Shown here piece by piece: positions 5,911 through 16,724 of a stretch of 64,000 bases of DNA. The translations under genes were made by a program, and so were the position numbers. The notes beneath the pieces are model-generated. The model saw only the letters and a program-made list of their open reading frames with translations. It had not been told where the DNA came from and searched no databases. Each line of letters opens with the position of its first letter. Position 1 is the stretch's first letter. The stretch spans positions 1-64,000 of IMG/VR virus record IMGVR_UViG_3300034375_003182, one strand, 5' to 3'. This DNA comes from a virus.

Positions 5911-6011
5911 ACAAACCAAAACACGAATTTGACTACAACATGTTTGCCTGTACTATAGGCTTTCTAGGTATAATAGTATTAATATTAACAATGTTAATTA
6001 TAAATAATTAA
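5907..6011 (+). CDS. 34-aa single-TM protein, missing from the ORF track
   Basis: MNKPKHEFDYNMFACTIGFLGIIVLILTMLIINN; ATGA overlap with upstream stop; fills the gap. Confidence 0.6.
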   Translation: MNKPKHEFDYNMFACTIGFLGIIVLILTMLIINN

Positions 6012-6014
6012 ATT

Positions 6015-6293
6015 ATGTTACACGAAATAGAATTAGAAAATGGATACACGGTCCAAGTTGATTATGAATATGAATCATCTGAATTAGACTACAGTGGTAC
6101 AGGTTACCACGGCGGTGTTACAATTAATGCCTTATGGGCAAACTTAACAGACACTAATGGTAACCTGTTAAAGGTAGATATTCTGCATTTTATGCAGGGT
6201 TTTGAAGAGTTTGATAAAGATGAACTTGAAGGTATAATACAAGAAAACTACGAAGACTATGAGCCAGATCCAGATAGATTTAGGGATGAGTAA
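6015..6293 (+). CDS. acidic hypothetical protein
   Basis: 92-aa D/E-rich ORF. Confidence 0.75.
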   Translation: MLHEIELENGYTVQVDYEYESSELDYSGTGYHGGVTINALWANLTDTNGNLLKVDILHFMQGFEEFDKDELEGIIQENYEDYEPDPDRFRDE

Positions 6294-7452
6294 ACTAATA
6301 AAAGTAAAAGATACAGAGCAAAAGAAAGCTCTTAACAATTGGGCAAAGAAAGGTTTTAACGGTAGTATTATCGCTGGTACAGGCTTTGGTAAGTCTAGGT
6401 GTGGTGTTATAGCTGTAGCTAAAACCTTATCTGATGGTGGCAAGGGACTTGTACTAGTTCCTACCCATCAGTTGCAAGACCAATTTAAAGAGGAGTTTAT
6501 TAAGTGGGGCTATGAGTCTGCGCTAGATAATGTAGACATCTTATGTTATGCTTCTGCTTACAAGCTAGAGGATCAGCACTATGATGTTGTGGTCTGTGAT
6601 GAGATACACCTTGGTCTGTCACCTGAGTATCGCAAGTTCTTTGAGAACAATACTTGGGACAGATTATTGTGCATGACTGCTACATTACCTGAAGATTACG
6701 AGTATAAAGAGTTGTTGTACAAGATTGCTCCTCTAGTGTATATGATAAGTCTTGATGAATGTGTAGCGCTTGGCCTTGTTTCTCCTTATGAGATAGTTTG
6801 CATACCTATACAGCTAACTGATGTTGAACAGAAAGAGTACAAGAAAGCTAATAATACATTTGTATATGCTAAATACTGTCTTGGACAGTTTGGTGCATTT
6901 GATAAAGCAAAGCATATTATGGGTGCAGGTAAACACACGGCTAGCTCTGAAGATAAAGCTGCTGCTGCACAGTTCTATCGCTCTATTAGAGCACGTAAAG
7001 CTGTGGTAGACCATGCCGATGGTAAAATTGCAGAGTTGCAAAAGATTGTTGTCAAGAACATAGGTGAAAAGATACTTGTGTTTGGTGGTAGCAATGAGTT
7101 TACTAACAAACTTGCTGACGCAACAGAAACATTCTCTACTGTATATCACAGTGGGAAAACTAAGAAACAAAAAGAACAAGCACTGAAAGATTTTAGATCA
7201 GGTGACAAGCCTGTGCTATGTTCTACAAAAGCTTTGAACCAGGGCTTCGATGTGGCTGATGCTACAATGGCTGTTATATGTGGCTTGACTAGCAAGTCCT
7301 TAACTATGATACAACGTGTAGGTAGAATTATACGTTATCAAGAAGGTAAGATAGGCAAGATACATATCTTGTATGTCAAGGATAGTCAAGAAGAAAAATG
7401 GTTGAAAAGTAGTGTGAAAAATCTAGATAATGTGACCTGGTTACCTTGTTAA
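6286..7452 (+). CDS. superfamily 2 (DExH) helicase
   Basis: GTGFGKS Walker A, DEIH, TAT, QGFD, IQRVGRIIR; ATG 6286 preferred. Confidence 0.93.
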   Translation: MSKLIKVKDTEQKKALNNWAKKGFNGSIIAGTGFGKSRCGVIAVAKTLSDGGKGLVLVPTHQLQDQFKEEFIKWGYESALDNVDILCYASAYKLEDQHYDVVVCDEIHLGLSPEYRKFFENNTWDRLLCMTATLPEDYEYKELLYKIAPLVYMISLDECVALGLVSPYEIVCIPIQLTDVEQKEYKKANNTFVYAKYCLGQFGAFDKAKHIMGAGKHTASSEDKAAAAQFYRSIRARKAVVDHADGKIAELQKIVVKNIGEKILVFGGSNEFTNKLADATETFSTVYHSGKTKKQKEQALKDFRSGDKPVLCSTKALNQGFDVADATMAVICGLTSKSLTMIQRVGRIIRYQEGKIGKIHILYVKDSQEEKWLKSSVKNLDNVTWLPC

Positions 7453-7483
7453 TCAGGCGCATTTTTCGTAAATTTATAAGCTT

Positions 7484-8029
7484 ATGCAATTAGAAATTGA
7501 CATTAATTTATTAACTGAAAATGAGATAAGTGCAGATGATTATCTTGCTTTGTATGCTATATACAGAAAAGGATTTAAGACTCTGTCTAATCTAAAATTA
7601 AACCCTAACTGGGATGACTTACAAGAGAAAGGATTCGTTAAGATTGGCCCTGAAGGCTATGACACATACATTGTTAGGCAGAAGTTTATTGATTTGTTTG
7701 CTTCTGATTTTGATCAGATGTTTGCTCAGCTTTTGGCTACGTATCCTATGAAAGTTAGAACATCTAATGGTATCAGGGTATTACATGCTTCAGATCCAGA
7801 TGCCAAGACAAACTTTAAAGCCAAAGAAAGGTATAGAAAGATTGTTTTGGATAGAAGGCACGTGCATGATCGTATTATGAAACTATTACATGTTCAGCTG
7901 AAGGTAGACAAACAAAGATTAGAATACTTACAAAATCTTGAAGTGTGGATAAACAATCACACTTGGGAAAAATACACAAATATAGACGACGATGCAGGAG
8001 AACAAGAAAGAATCACAAGAAGACTCTAA
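7484..8029 (+). CDS. hypothetical protein, possible replication initiator or helicase loader
   Basis: Directly upstream of DnaB; F..YP.K and W.N..WE pattern typical of phage replisome organisers; function inferred. Confidence 0.5.
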   Translation: MQLEIDINLLTENEISADDYLALYAIYRKGFKTLSNLKLNPNWDDLQEKGFVKIGPEGYDTYIVRQKFIDLFASDFDQMFAQLLATYPMKVRTSNGIRVLHASDPDAKTNFKAKERYRKIVLDRRHVHDRIMKLLHVQLKVDKQRLEYLQNLEVWINNHTWEKYTNIDDDAGEQERITRRL

Positions 8030-8939
8030 CGTATTTCAAACTAGAGGATTTCAAAGAATAGACAGGGCGGTAAATCAATCTGTTGCTATAGTCAAACAGG
8101 CTAAGAAAGGGCAACGGAACGTACTAGCTACGTCCTGGAAAAGACTTAACAGGAATCTTCTAGGTGGCCTACAAAAGGGTAAGATGTATGTAGTTGCTGG
8201 TCGTCCTGGTGTTGGTAAATCAGCATTCAGCAACCAGCTAATCTTTGATGTGCTTGATACTAACAGGCACAAGAAAATAATTGTATTGTATTGGACCTTT
8301 GAGATGCCCGGTTACCAGCAGGTGATGCGGTCAGCATCAAAGGATGTTCAAAAACAAATGGCTGAACTACTGTCTGTAGATAATACATTGTCTGATAAAG
8401 ACTTTGGTATCTATGCGGCAAAAGTTCAGAAGTATAAGAACTATCCTATATACTTTAACAATGTTCCTCGTAGTATGGAATACATAATGAATACTAACGA
8501 AGAACTATTTAGTCAGCATCCTGAGCACACAGTGATCAACTTATTTGACCACTCACGTTTGATACGTGGCAATGAAGAAACAGAGTTGCGCAGACTAAAC
8601 ACAGTATCTAAGGGTTGCATGTGGATGCAATCAAAACTTGGAGTTATTAATATATTATTATCACAGCTCAATCGTAACATAGAACAAGAACATCGTGCTA
8701 AGAATCAGTACCAGCCACTACTAACAGATTTGTTTGGTGGTGATAGTATTGGCCAGGATGCACATGTAGTTATGATTCTTAATCGTCCTTATGACTTGTA
8801 TGGTATCACAGATACATACTGCGGTGAGAACCCGCAAGGGTTACTCGCATGTCATATGGAAAAGAATCGTGACGGCTTGCTTGGTATGATTGGTTATGAA
8901 GCAGACATGAGTACATTTAATATTAAAGAAAGAAAATGA
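7992..8939 (+). CDS. dnaB: DnaB-like replicative helicase (C-terminal ATPase domain only)
   Basis: AGRPGVGKS, FEM, LSQLNR, IGQDAHVV, KNRDG. Confidence 0.93.
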   Translation: MQENKKESQEDSNVFQTRGFQRIDRAVNQSVAIVKQAKKGQRNVLATSWKRLNRNLLGGLQKGKMYVVAGRPGVGKSAFSNQLIFDVLDTNRHKKIIVLYWTFEMPGYQQVMRSASKDVQKQMAELLSVDNTLSDKDFGIYAAKVQKYKNYPIYFNNVPRSMEYIMNTNEELFSQHPEHTVINLFDHSRLIRGNEETELRRLNTVSKGCMWMQSKLGVINILLSQLNRNIEQEHRAKNQYQPLLTDLFGGDSIGQDAHVVMILNRPYDLYGITDTYCGENPQGLLACHMEKNRDGLLGMIGYEADMSTFNIKERK

Positions 8940-9637
8940 TGGAGTTACCAAAAACTGTGGTTAAGGCGAGCCGTAAGTCGCCTAAGAACATGATAATCTA
9001 TGGTCCACCTAAGATAGGTAAGACTACAGTATTGTCACAATTAAAGGATTGTTTAATCATTGACCTTGAAGAAGGCTCAGACATGGTTGATGCCTTGAAG
9101 ATTAAAGTTAGCAGCTTAAAAGAACTTGGTGAAGTTGGGAAAGCTATCATAAAAGATGGTAGACCATACAAGTATGTGGCTATTGACACTATCTCCAAGT
9201 TGGAGGAATGGTGTGAAGCTGAAGCTAAAACTATATACATGCAAACTCCTATGGGTAAGAACTTTGAACAGAAGAACCCTGGTGCATCAGTCCTATCATT
9301 GCCAAACGGCGCTGGCTATTTATATTTACGTATAGCCTACAAGAAATGGATAGACAGACTGAATAAACTAGCGGATCATGTTATCTTAGTTGGCCACCTA
9401 AAGGACAAGATGCTTGAGAAGAAAGGCAAAGAGGTTGCTGTAAAGGACCTTGACTTGACTGGTAAGATCAAGCAGATTACATGTGCTAACGCTGATGCTG
9501 TTGGTTATATTTACAGAGAAGAGGATGAAACTATGGTTTCTTTCAACTCTTTGGATGATGTAACAGCTGGTTCACGTTGTCACCACCTAAAAGGTAAGAC
9601 CATGCCTCTAAATTGGTCAGAAATATTTATTGATTAA
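8936..9637 (+). CDS. AAA_24 / Sak4-like ATPase
   Basis: YGPPKIGKTT, IDLEEG, VAIDTI, LVGH, ADAVGY. Confidence 0.85.
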   Translation: MMELPKTVVKASRKSPKNMIIYGPPKIGKTTVLSQLKDCLIIDLEEGSDMVDALKIKVSSLKELGEVGKAIIKDGRPYKYVAIDTISKLEEWCEAEAKTIYMQTPMGKNFEQKNPGASVLSLPNGAGYLYLRIAYKKWIDRLNKLADHVILVGHLKDKMLEKKGKEVAVKDLDLTGKIKQITCANADAVGYIYREEDETMVSFNSLDDVTAGSRCHHLKGKTMPLNWSEIFID

Positions 9638-9656
9638 CCGCGTAAAATTTTAAATC

Positions 9657-10037
9657 ATGATTGAAGCACGCACAAACAACCCTGGCGAGGTCACGCAGAA
9701 AAACGAAACACCAAACACTATTACAGTATCTATGATTCTGGAAGACTTGGACAACGGCGTTGACCGTCCAGGTATTCAAGAGAAGTATGGTCTTGAGAAG
9801 TGGGAAGTAACACAGATGTTCCAGCACCCAGCATTGAAGGGTAAGAAAGCTAGAAAGGTCCGTAAGTTGTCTTTCAACTTTGTTGATGATACAGCTGCAG
9901 ATCCTAATCAGACTAGTATTCCTGTAGAAGAACCAGATGTACACCAAGAAGCTATGTCTACTATAGCAGCTACACCTGAGTTACAACAGGAAGATCCTTT
10001 TATAGGAGAGTATGGTGAAGATGAAGATGAATTTTAA
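9657..10037 (+). CDS. hypothetical protein (HTH-like core, acidic tail)
   Basis: 126-aa ORF. Confidence 0.7.
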   Translation: MIEARTNNPGEVTQKNETPNTITVSMILEDLDNGVDRPGIQEKYGLEKWEVTQMFQHPALKGKKARKVRKLSFNFVDDTAADPNQTSIPVEEPDVHQEAMSTIAATPELQQEDPFIGEYGEDEDEF

Positions 10038-10055
10038 TTATTAAACTAATTTATT

Positions 10056-10805
10056 ATGGCTATTAAAAGCAATGACAGTAATGTCGAAGTTGCAGGCGGA
10101 GGTATTAAACTATTTTCAGGCCTTGGCAACTTCAAAGTAATCGCAGTAAACCCTACAATGGCTGAGCTGCACGAATTGGGCATCATGGTAAAACAAGACC
10201 CAAACTATTTTGTTGAACTAAACGGAACTGAGTATTTCAAACTAACTTTCTGGATTAAGAATGAAGATCTTACTACAAGATTTGATCTTCTTATGAACGG
10301 ATCAGAGCGTGTATCTCAGACAGGTAAGAACCAGTGGATTAATGCTATTGGTCAGTCTACTTGGTCTGACGGTGAGCCTGAGTATGATTGGTTCAAGAAA
10401 GAAGGTTTGCGTAAAGCATTGACCGGTGAAGAAACTCTTATCAATTTTGTTAAGCAGTGGGCTAACGTTGCTAATGGCGATGAGGCTTACTTTGATAGTA
10501 TAGCTAAGATTGTTAAGGGTGATGTAACTGAGGTTAAAGCTTTGGTTAAACTTCTAGAGAGTAATGAAGTTAGATTACTGATTGGTGTTAAAGATGGTAA
10601 GTATCAGACTGTGTACACAAAAGTATTTGGTCGTGTAAAACCTCAACGTGATGACTTGTTCGTTAAGAATCTTAATGATGATTATGGAACATTCAATGCA
10701 GAGTTTGACACGACGTTAGCTTGGGGTGCATTTAGTCCTGAACTAGCCGTTGTTACTCCAGATGCTGACTCTGATAATGTATCAGAAGATGAAGACTGGG
10801 TGTAA
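10056..10805 (+). CDS. replication-region protein, possible ssDNA-binding protein
   Basis: Lies between Sak4-like ATPase and primase; acidic C-terminus EDEDWV; function inferred. Confidence 0.55.
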   Translation: MAIKSNDSNVEVAGGGIKLFSGLGNFKVIAVNPTMAELHELGIMVKQDPNYFVELNGTEYFKLTFWIKNEDLTTRFDLLMNGSERVSQTGKNQWINAIGQSTWSDGEPEYDWFKKEGLRKALTGEETLINFVKQWANVANGDEAYFDSIAKIVKGDVTEVKALVKLLESNEVRLLIGVKDGKYQTVYTKVFGRVKPQRDDLFVKNLNDDYGTFNAEFDTTLAWGAFSPELAVVTPDADSDNVSEDEDWV

Positions 10806-10863
10806 CATTATAGTAGTATGGCCTTGTAACCTAGTGGTTATATGGCCTAGTTAATCAAATAAT

Positions 10864-10897
10864 AAAGGGTAGTGTAAAAGCTACCCTTTTTTATTTT
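10864..10897 (+). terminator. intrinsic terminator
   Basis: AAAGGGTAGT/GCTACCCTTT stem followed by T-run. Confidence 0.75.
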
Positions 10898-10910
10898 AAA
10901 TTCGCAAACT

Positions 10911-11903
10911 ATGATTAAAAGCAGAAGTAGTGAGGATGTATTGACGCCTGATAGAATACTATCAAAGATTAGTGAGGTAGATATATTTGCATACTATTGT
11001 AATTCTTTTAAACAGTTGGGTGTTAAATTTTGCAGTGAGATTAGACAGGATAAGAAACCAGGTGTTTATATTATACTTTGGAAAGGTAGACTTTTGTACA
11101 AAGACTTTGCTTATCCGGATCATAAATTTGATTGCTTTGGTTATGTCATGGCAGCATACAATGTTTCTTTTTATTCTGCTCTTCGTATAATTGACAATGA
11201 CTTTGGTCTTAATCTTGCATCAAGCAAAGAGGAGATGGCTTTCACCAAAGGTTACCTTGGGTATCAATCTAAAATAAAGATTGAAAACAAAAAAGTAACT
11301 ATAATTAAAAAGAAGTCTAGGCCTTGGAAGCGTAAAGATGCAGATTTTTGGTCTCAATACTTGATTAGTAAAAAAACTTTGACTAAGTTTGCAGTTAGCC
11401 CTATCTCACACTACTGGATTAATGACAGTAGATTTACATGTAAGCTTAGCTATGCATATAAAATAGGTAGGAAATACAAAATTTATTCACCTTACGAAGA
11501 AGTAAAGTGGATGAGCAATACTAACTCTAAACAAATTCAAGGATATGATCAATTACCTAACAAAGGGGATCTCTGCATTATCGCATCATCTCTCAAAGAT
11601 GTTATGTGCCTTTTCGAGATGGGTATCTCTGCAGTCGCCATGCAATCAGAAATGCAATTGCCACTGCGCAGTACAATCGAAGAACTAAAACAGAGATTTA
11701 AACAAGTTGCAGTCTTTTATGATAATGACTTTACTAATCCCAACAATCCTGGTCAGACCATGGCTAAAAAGATTTGTAAAGAATATTATCCTATGAAGAA
11801 CATTCTCATACCTGACGAGTATCAATTAAAAGATCCGTCAGACTATGTTGCGCACTTTAAACAAACAGAAGGATTACAAACATTGATAGACATACAATTG
11901 TGA
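10911..11903 (+). CDS. dnaG: DNA primase (Toprim)
   Basis: N-terminal CSEIRQDKKP..KDF region; SSLKD, YDND and KDPSD motifs of crAss-type primases. Confidence 0.85.
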   Translation: MIKSRSSEDVLTPDRILSKISEVDIFAYYCNSFKQLGVKFCSEIRQDKKPGVYIILWKGRLLYKDFAYPDHKFDCFGYVMAAYNVSFYSALRIIDNDFGLNLASSKEEMAFTKGYLGYQSKIKIENKKVTIIKKKSRPWKRKDADFWSQYLISKKTLTKFAVSPISHYWINDSRFTCKLSYAYKIGRKYKIYSPYEEVKWMSNTNSKQIQGYDQLPNKGDLCIIASSLKDVMCLFEMGISAVAMQSEMQLPLRSTIEELKQRFKQVAVFYDNDFTNPNNPGQTMAKKICKEYYPMKNILIPDEYQLKDPSDYVAHFKQTEGLQTLIDIQL

Positions 11904-12343
11904 AGCGACGTACACGAAAACCAAAAAACAAAAAAGTAAGAAACGCTACCGCTAAGGTTTATAAGGGTATTAAGTTCAGGTCTAAGCTTGAACTTTTTAC
12001 GTATAAGAAACTAGAAGATGCAGAGATTAAATCTTTGTATGAAAAGAAGAAGTATGTTTTACTAGAAGGTTTTCATTATACAGCTGAGTGCCACGAGCCT
12101 CACAAAACAAAAGGTTATATCGATAGTGGATATAAGGTTAGGGATATTACATATACTCCTGACTTTGTAGATCCTAATGGTAAATGGATTATAGAAGTAA
12201 AAGGTTTTGCAAATGATGTCTTCCCTTTGAAGTGGAAGATGTTTAAGAAACACCTCATGGAACTGGAGAATCCTCCAGTATTATACCTGCCTAAAAATCA
12301 AGGCCAGGTGCTACAAACAATAGAATTAATTAAACAACTTTAA
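11900..12343 (+). CDS. PD-(D/E)XK endonuclease (DUF1064 / endonuclease I-like)
   Basis: FRSKLE...YTPDF...IIEVKG. Confidence 0.85.
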   Translation: MKRRTRKPKNKKVRNATAKVYKGIKFRSKLELFTYKKLEDAEIKSLYEKKKYVLLEGFHYTAECHEPHKTKGYIDSGYKVRDITYTPDFVDPNGKWIIEVKGFANDVFPLKWKMFKKHLMELENPPVLYLPKNQGQVLQTIELIKQL

Positions 12344-12346
12344 TTT

Positions 12347-12658
12347 ATGGAATACACAGAAGATTTGGTCCTCCGTCTGGATGGGCTTGGGATAGATATG
12401 TCCAAAGGTCACAGTGATACAGCCAAGCAACTTAATAAGTTGTATGAAGAAACAAGGTACAATACATTTGGATACCTTGAAGATCTTGAGAAGTTTGATA
12501 AAGTCTTTGAACCGGTATATGGTTTGGAGTTTTTCATACTAGTCAGAGATGTACAACAACAATTCTTTAGAGAGATTAAGTATGCTGAGCTATCAGCTGA
12601 ACTAAATGAAATACACGAACAAAGTAAAATAAATAGACATGAGTATAAAAACGATTGA
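12347..12658 (+). CDS. hypothetical protein
   Basis: 103-aa ORF within the operon. Confidence 0.7.
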   Translation: MEYTEDLVLRLDGLGIDMSKGHSDTAKQLNKLYEETRYNTFGYLEDLEKFDKVFEPVYGLEFFILVRDVQQQFFREIKYAELSAELNEIHEQSKINRHEYKND

Positions 12659-15380
12659 TAAGCAGATCAAAGGATCTGAAGGCCTTGCTAAGAAGATTAA
12701 CAAGGGCGCTGAAAAGATGGTATTTGACATCTTGCAGTCTACACAGTACTCTACACCTATCCCGTCTACAGTGCGTGAGTTGGCTACCAATGGTGCCGAT
12801 GCGCAACGTGAGAAGGAGATGGCTATAGAGATACTAACTGGTAAAGCTAAAGCAGAAGATTACTACATTGAGCGCCACGGCGAGCAATATAATGATAGTA
12901 ACTTTGATATTAACTATTACAATCTGGATCATTTAGATACAGAAAACAACGACGTACTAATTACATACAAAGAGAATGAAGGAACAGGATACTGCGATGT
13001 AGTTACGATAAAAGACCACGGTGTTGGTATTGGTGAACGTCGTTTGGAAGGTGTGCTTGAGCTTGGTTATTCAACTAAGCGTAATACAGCTGAGAACTTC
13101 GGTGCGTTTGGTCTTGGTGCCAAGGTTGCATTGTCAACTGGTGTGGATTTCTATACTATAGAGACTGTACATAATGGTAGGAGGTTCAAAATGAACTGTT
13201 ACAATTACAAGACAGACTTTATTATACCTGCGTTTAATCCAGGACTAGGGCAGCCTAATCCTTACATTACACTTAGTGATGGAACTAAGGTATACTATGA
13301 AGATGCCAAAGCAAAGAATCAAACCATAATATCGTTTGGGGTCAAAAAGCACAACAGACGAGATTACCGTGATGCGGTAGAAGAGCAGTTGATGTATATG
13401 CCTAACATTAAATTTAAGCGTATTGCAGAAGATGGCTATGAAAGGGAAGAAAACATTCACCCAAGAGTTATGCACAACTCTGATAACTTGATTATCTCTG
13501 ATACATATTTGTTTAGTAAACCGCACATTGTATTAACTAAAGATGTAGGCGCACCAACCGGTGTTAACTATGGCTTTGTTGATTTCCGTGAGTTGGAAAT
13601 GCAGCAGATGTGGGGACCAATTGCTTTCAAATGTCCTGCAAGACAAGTAATCAATGACCCAGATACTGGTGAAGAGATTGTATTGCAAGATGGTGTAGAT
13701 GTTACGCCGTCACGTGAGAAGGTAATATGGAATGAGAACACTAAAGCATACATCAAGTCTGTAATTGAAGCAGCTGCTGATGAGGCTAGTGAGATTGTAC
13801 AAGAAGAGCTTAAGCAAACAGACTTTGTGTCTTGGTTGATAGCTTGTAAGAAAGTCTTAACTAAAGCTGACAGCGGTAGTGTGCTTGGTAGATTGTCTAA
13901 CATTATTGACCAGGAACAACTCAAGCCTAAGTTTGGGCCTGACCCAAGACTTAAGAATGAATCTGTAAAAGCTTTATTCAGAGGTATGAAGGTTGAGGTT
14001 GTAACTAAGAGCAGAGATTATGGTACTGGTGAAGATACTATTGAGAGAAATGCTATTGAAAACTACAGCCAATTGAGAGAGAATAACATCTTTATCATGG
14101 GTGAAGAGAATCATAGCAAGTACAAAGATATGTATCTTATACACGAGTGTGATGGTCCTGTTATTTGTATTAAGCCTGTAGAGAACTGGGAGCCTAGTAC
14201 TGTTGTTAGTACTGAGTCTGTTAAAGCAAGCAAGAAAGCACTTGCTAAACGTGCTAGAGTTCTTGAGTTAATTACTGAGTCTACTCACAGTCGTAACTAT
14301 GACGACATAGAGGTAAATGAAGAGTGGTTAGAAGAATACAAAGATGAGATTGCTAAAGCAAAGGAGGTTGCACAGTTCGAGAACATTACACCAGCTGAAC
14401 GTCGTAAGATAGAAGAGCGTATGGTTGCATACACTTTTAGATACAACGAAAAGCATTGGCATAGTTCTGGTAGTGACAACCGCTACATCAGAGACAAGAT
14501 TGAACCAAAGGTAAAAGATCTTATGAAGACTCAGCGTACTACCTATTACGGTACTGCAGCTGATGATGATAAACTGATGGTAGCTTGTGGTATGATACAT
14601 CCTTTTGCTCCTAACATTCGTCAAGTATACAAAGATATGCCTGGATGGAGAACTGAAGGTCAAGACGATAGACTGTTTTTCTTTGATACTCCAGCTGTTA
14701 GACTTGGTACTGGTGAGTTTACAAAACCAACTACTACAGTCAACAGTGATGACGGTACGGTATATCACAATACTAATTTTGATTGGGATACACCACAGGT
14801 TATCAGAGTCTCACAGAGCAATGTTAAACACATTAGCATGAATCCTAATGTTAAACACATTGATGAATTCTTTTTACAATTAACACCTAATGGAGGATAT
14901 ACTATGGATGAATACGCAATTAAGTGGTACACTGCAGATAAGATGAAAGGTATCACAGATAAGACATATTTATATTGTCTTAAGGACATTAATCCAGACT
15001 TGTTTGAAAAGTATCAAGATGTATACAATGCATCTGATGTGGATGTAAGAGTAAGTCAGTGGATGAAAGATACTGATATATTTCCTATGGTCGAGAAGAT
15101 TGTGGAAATGCATAACTTCTGCAAAGACAACGATGACGCCGCTGCTATACAGCAGAAGAGTCGTGAACTCTTTGTGCTAGATGTACCAGAAGCTATTGGT
15201 CAAGATCAAGAGTTGATGGATAAGTTTAATGAGCTTCAAGAGTGGTCTGAGGGTGTGCATACACTATTGGATTGTATTAGTGAAGTATCATACTGTCCTA
15301 ATAATGATCATGATTTAGATCAGGATCTTATTAAAGAAATCAAGGTTTACCTGGACGCTAAAGGCAGGCTAGACTGGTAA
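12639..15380 (+). CDS. rIIA: rIIA-like protein with N-terminal GHKL (Hsp90-like) ATPase
   Basis: RELATNGADA, DHGVGI, GAFGLGAK, VTPSRE; followed by an rIIB-like gene. Confidence 0.85.
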   Translation: MSIKTIDKQIKGSEGLAKKINKGAEKMVFDILQSTQYSTPIPSTVRELATNGADAQREKEMAIEILTGKAKAEDYYIERHGEQYNDSNFDINYYNLDHLDTENNDVLITYKENEGTGYCDVVTIKDHGVGIGERRLEGVLELGYSTKRNTAENFGAFGLGAKVALSTGVDFYTIETVHNGRRFKMNCYNYKTDFIIPAFNPGLGQPNPYITLSDGTKVYYEDAKAKNQTIISFGVKKHNRRDYRDAVEEQLMYMPNIKFKRIAEDGYEREENIHPRVMHNSDNLIISDTYLFSKPHIVLTKDVGAPTGVNYGFVDFRELEMQQMWGPIAFKCPARQVINDPDTGEEIVLQDGVDVTPSREKVIWNENTKAYIKSVIEAAADEASEIVQEELKQTDFVSWLIACKKVLTKADSGSVLGRLSNIIDQEQLKPKFGPDPRLKNESVKALFRGMKVEVVTKSRDYGTGEDTIERNAIENYSQLRENNIFIMGEENHSKYKDMYLIHECDGPVICIKPVENWEPSTVVSTESVKASKKALAKRARVLELITESTHSRNYDDIEVNEEWLEEYKDEIAKAKEVAQFENITPAERRKIEERMVAYTFRYNEKHWHSSGSDNRYIRDKIEPKVKDLMKTQRTTYYGTAADDDKLMVACGMIHPFAPNIRQVYKDMPGWRTEGQDDRLFFFDTPAVRLGTGEFTKPTTTVNSDDGTVYHNTNFDWDTPQVIRVSQSNVKHISMNPNVKHIDEFFLQLTPNGGYTMDEYAIKWYTADKMKGITDKTYLYCLKDINPDLFEKYQDVYNASDVDVRVSQWMKDTDIFPMVEKIVEMHNFCKDNDDAAAIQQKSRELFVLDVPEAIGQDQELMDKFNELQEWSEGVHTLLDCISEVSYCPNNDHDLDQDLIKEIKVYLDAKGRLDW

Positions 15381-15387
15381 TAATCAG

Positions 15388-15423
15388 CAAGTTACAGGGG
15401 TGAAATATCCCCTGTATTACTTG
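15388..15423 (+). terminator. intergenic hairpin (terminator or processing site)
   Basis: TACAGGGG/CCCCTGTA extended by CAAGT/ACTTG; weak U-tract. Confidence 0.5.
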
Positions 15424-15471
15424 TATAAACAAAATTTTTATATTATTTTTAACCCTAATTAATTAATTATC

Positions 15472-16650
15472 ATGATTACAATTAATGTTATTGAGAACCA
15501 AATATCTGGTTCGTACGGCGACAAGCCGTTTAGTGTCAACTACTCCGAGGACACTTATAGAAAAATGATGGAGTTATCTGACAGACAACAGTCTGTTACA
15601 ACTATGGACGAGTACAATGCACTCATGGAAGAGTTTGCTAAGCTTACTGTCCAAGACTACAAAACAACTGTAGAAACTGCGTGCCCGTGGATTTATGTCA
15701 ACGAAGGTACAGGCGAGTTCTTTTTGAAGCACGAAGGTGTAGTATCTAGTATACCTATGCCACAAGCTTTGGTTGACCGTATCTTTGAATCACTTGACAA
15801 GGGTGTAGATTTTGAACCACTTGTAAAAATGTGGATTAGATTCTTACGTAACCCTATTCTTCGTCAGAAGATGAACAACTGTAACTGTGAGAAAGGTGAG
15901 AAGTTCACTGAGAAGTTTTTTAACTTTGTTAACTTACAGTATGTACATCCTAAACTGAAAGAAGAGTTAATAGAAGAACACGGCTTGAGTGAAGAAGTTG
16001 CTGAGCGTAGAGCTACTATGTATCAGATGAAGATTACTCAAGAGGGTTTACTAAATGGCTACAAGGTATCTCACGAAGTTATGCATGCGTATGACACAGA
16101 GACTGGTGAAGTAGTAGATCGTTACAAGCGTACATTCAATCCTGATACAGGTGAGATTGAAGAAGGCGGATTGCCTGAGCATGTAGAAGATAGATTGTTT
16201 CAGCCTGCTATCATGGGTACTAGCGGTGATGCATTTTACTGTGAGGGCCCTAATGGTTACGCTAATCCAGGACACTTTATCAAAGTTGGTTGTACACACA
16301 GATTACCAGATTGGTCTTATGTAAATACAAACGACAATGCATCTTGTGTTAAAGGTTTACACTTCGGTGGTCTTAAGTACATTGCATACTACAGCGGTGA
16401 GATCCACAACATTTTTGTTGATCCTATGCATGTTGGTGCAGTGCCTGATGACGAGACTGGTGCAATCAGATGTTTACAGTATTTTGTACATTCATCTCTG
16501 GCTGGTGTAAATGGTAGTATCTATCACAGTTCTACCTATGCAGCTAAGACTGATGCTGAGTGGGAAGAGATGCGCAAAGAAGCGGTCGCTGATTACTCTG
16601 ACATTAAAACAGAGATTGATAAAGATATTGCAGAGGTTAATTCTCTGTAA
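15472..16650 (+). CDS. rIIB: rIIB-like protein
   Basis: ITQEG..GYK, SCVKGLHFG, VDPMHVGAVP.D...IRC motifs; adjacent to rIIA-like gene. Confidence 0.85.
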   Translation: MITINVIENQISGSYGDKPFSVNYSEDTYRKMMELSDRQQSVTTMDEYNALMEEFAKLTVQDYKTTVETACPWIYVNEGTGEFFLKHEGVVSSIPMPQALVDRIFESLDKGVDFEPLVKMWIRFLRNPILRQKMNNCNCEKGEKFTEKFFNFVNLQYVHPKLKEELIEEHGLSEEVAERRATMYQMKITQEGLLNGYKVSHEVMHAYDTETGEVVDRYKRTFNPDTGEIEEGGLPEHVEDRLFQPAIMGTSGDAFYCEGPNGYANPGHFIKVGCTHRLPDWSYVNTNDNASCVKGLHFGGLKYIAYYSGEIHNIFVDPMHVGAVPDDETGAIRCLQYFVHSSLAGVNGSIYHSSTYAAKTDAEWEEMRKEAVADYSDIKTEIDKDIAEVNSL

Positions 16651-16669
16651 TGTTTGTGTATTCATGATT

Positions 16670-16699
16670 CTAGTGGGGGGACGAAAGTCCCCTTTCTAG
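16670..16699 (+). terminator. hairpin / intrinsic terminator
   Basis: GGGGAC-GAAA-GTCCCC followed by TTT. Confidence 0.65.
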
Positions 16700-16724
16700 T
16701 CTCTTAACTTTAAATCCTATTAAC

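Noticed and set aside
10820-10847. Hairpin sharing the 11-mer CCTAGTGGTTA with 1671-1681 (tRNA D-loop-like)
   Set aside because: A single 11-mer match is expected by chance in 64 kb, the structural contexts differ, and no tRNA body surrounds either copy
3596-16650. Introns or inteins in replication genes
   Set aside because: The genes are uninterrupted and of ordinary size, with no intein termini or homing endonuclease motifs seen
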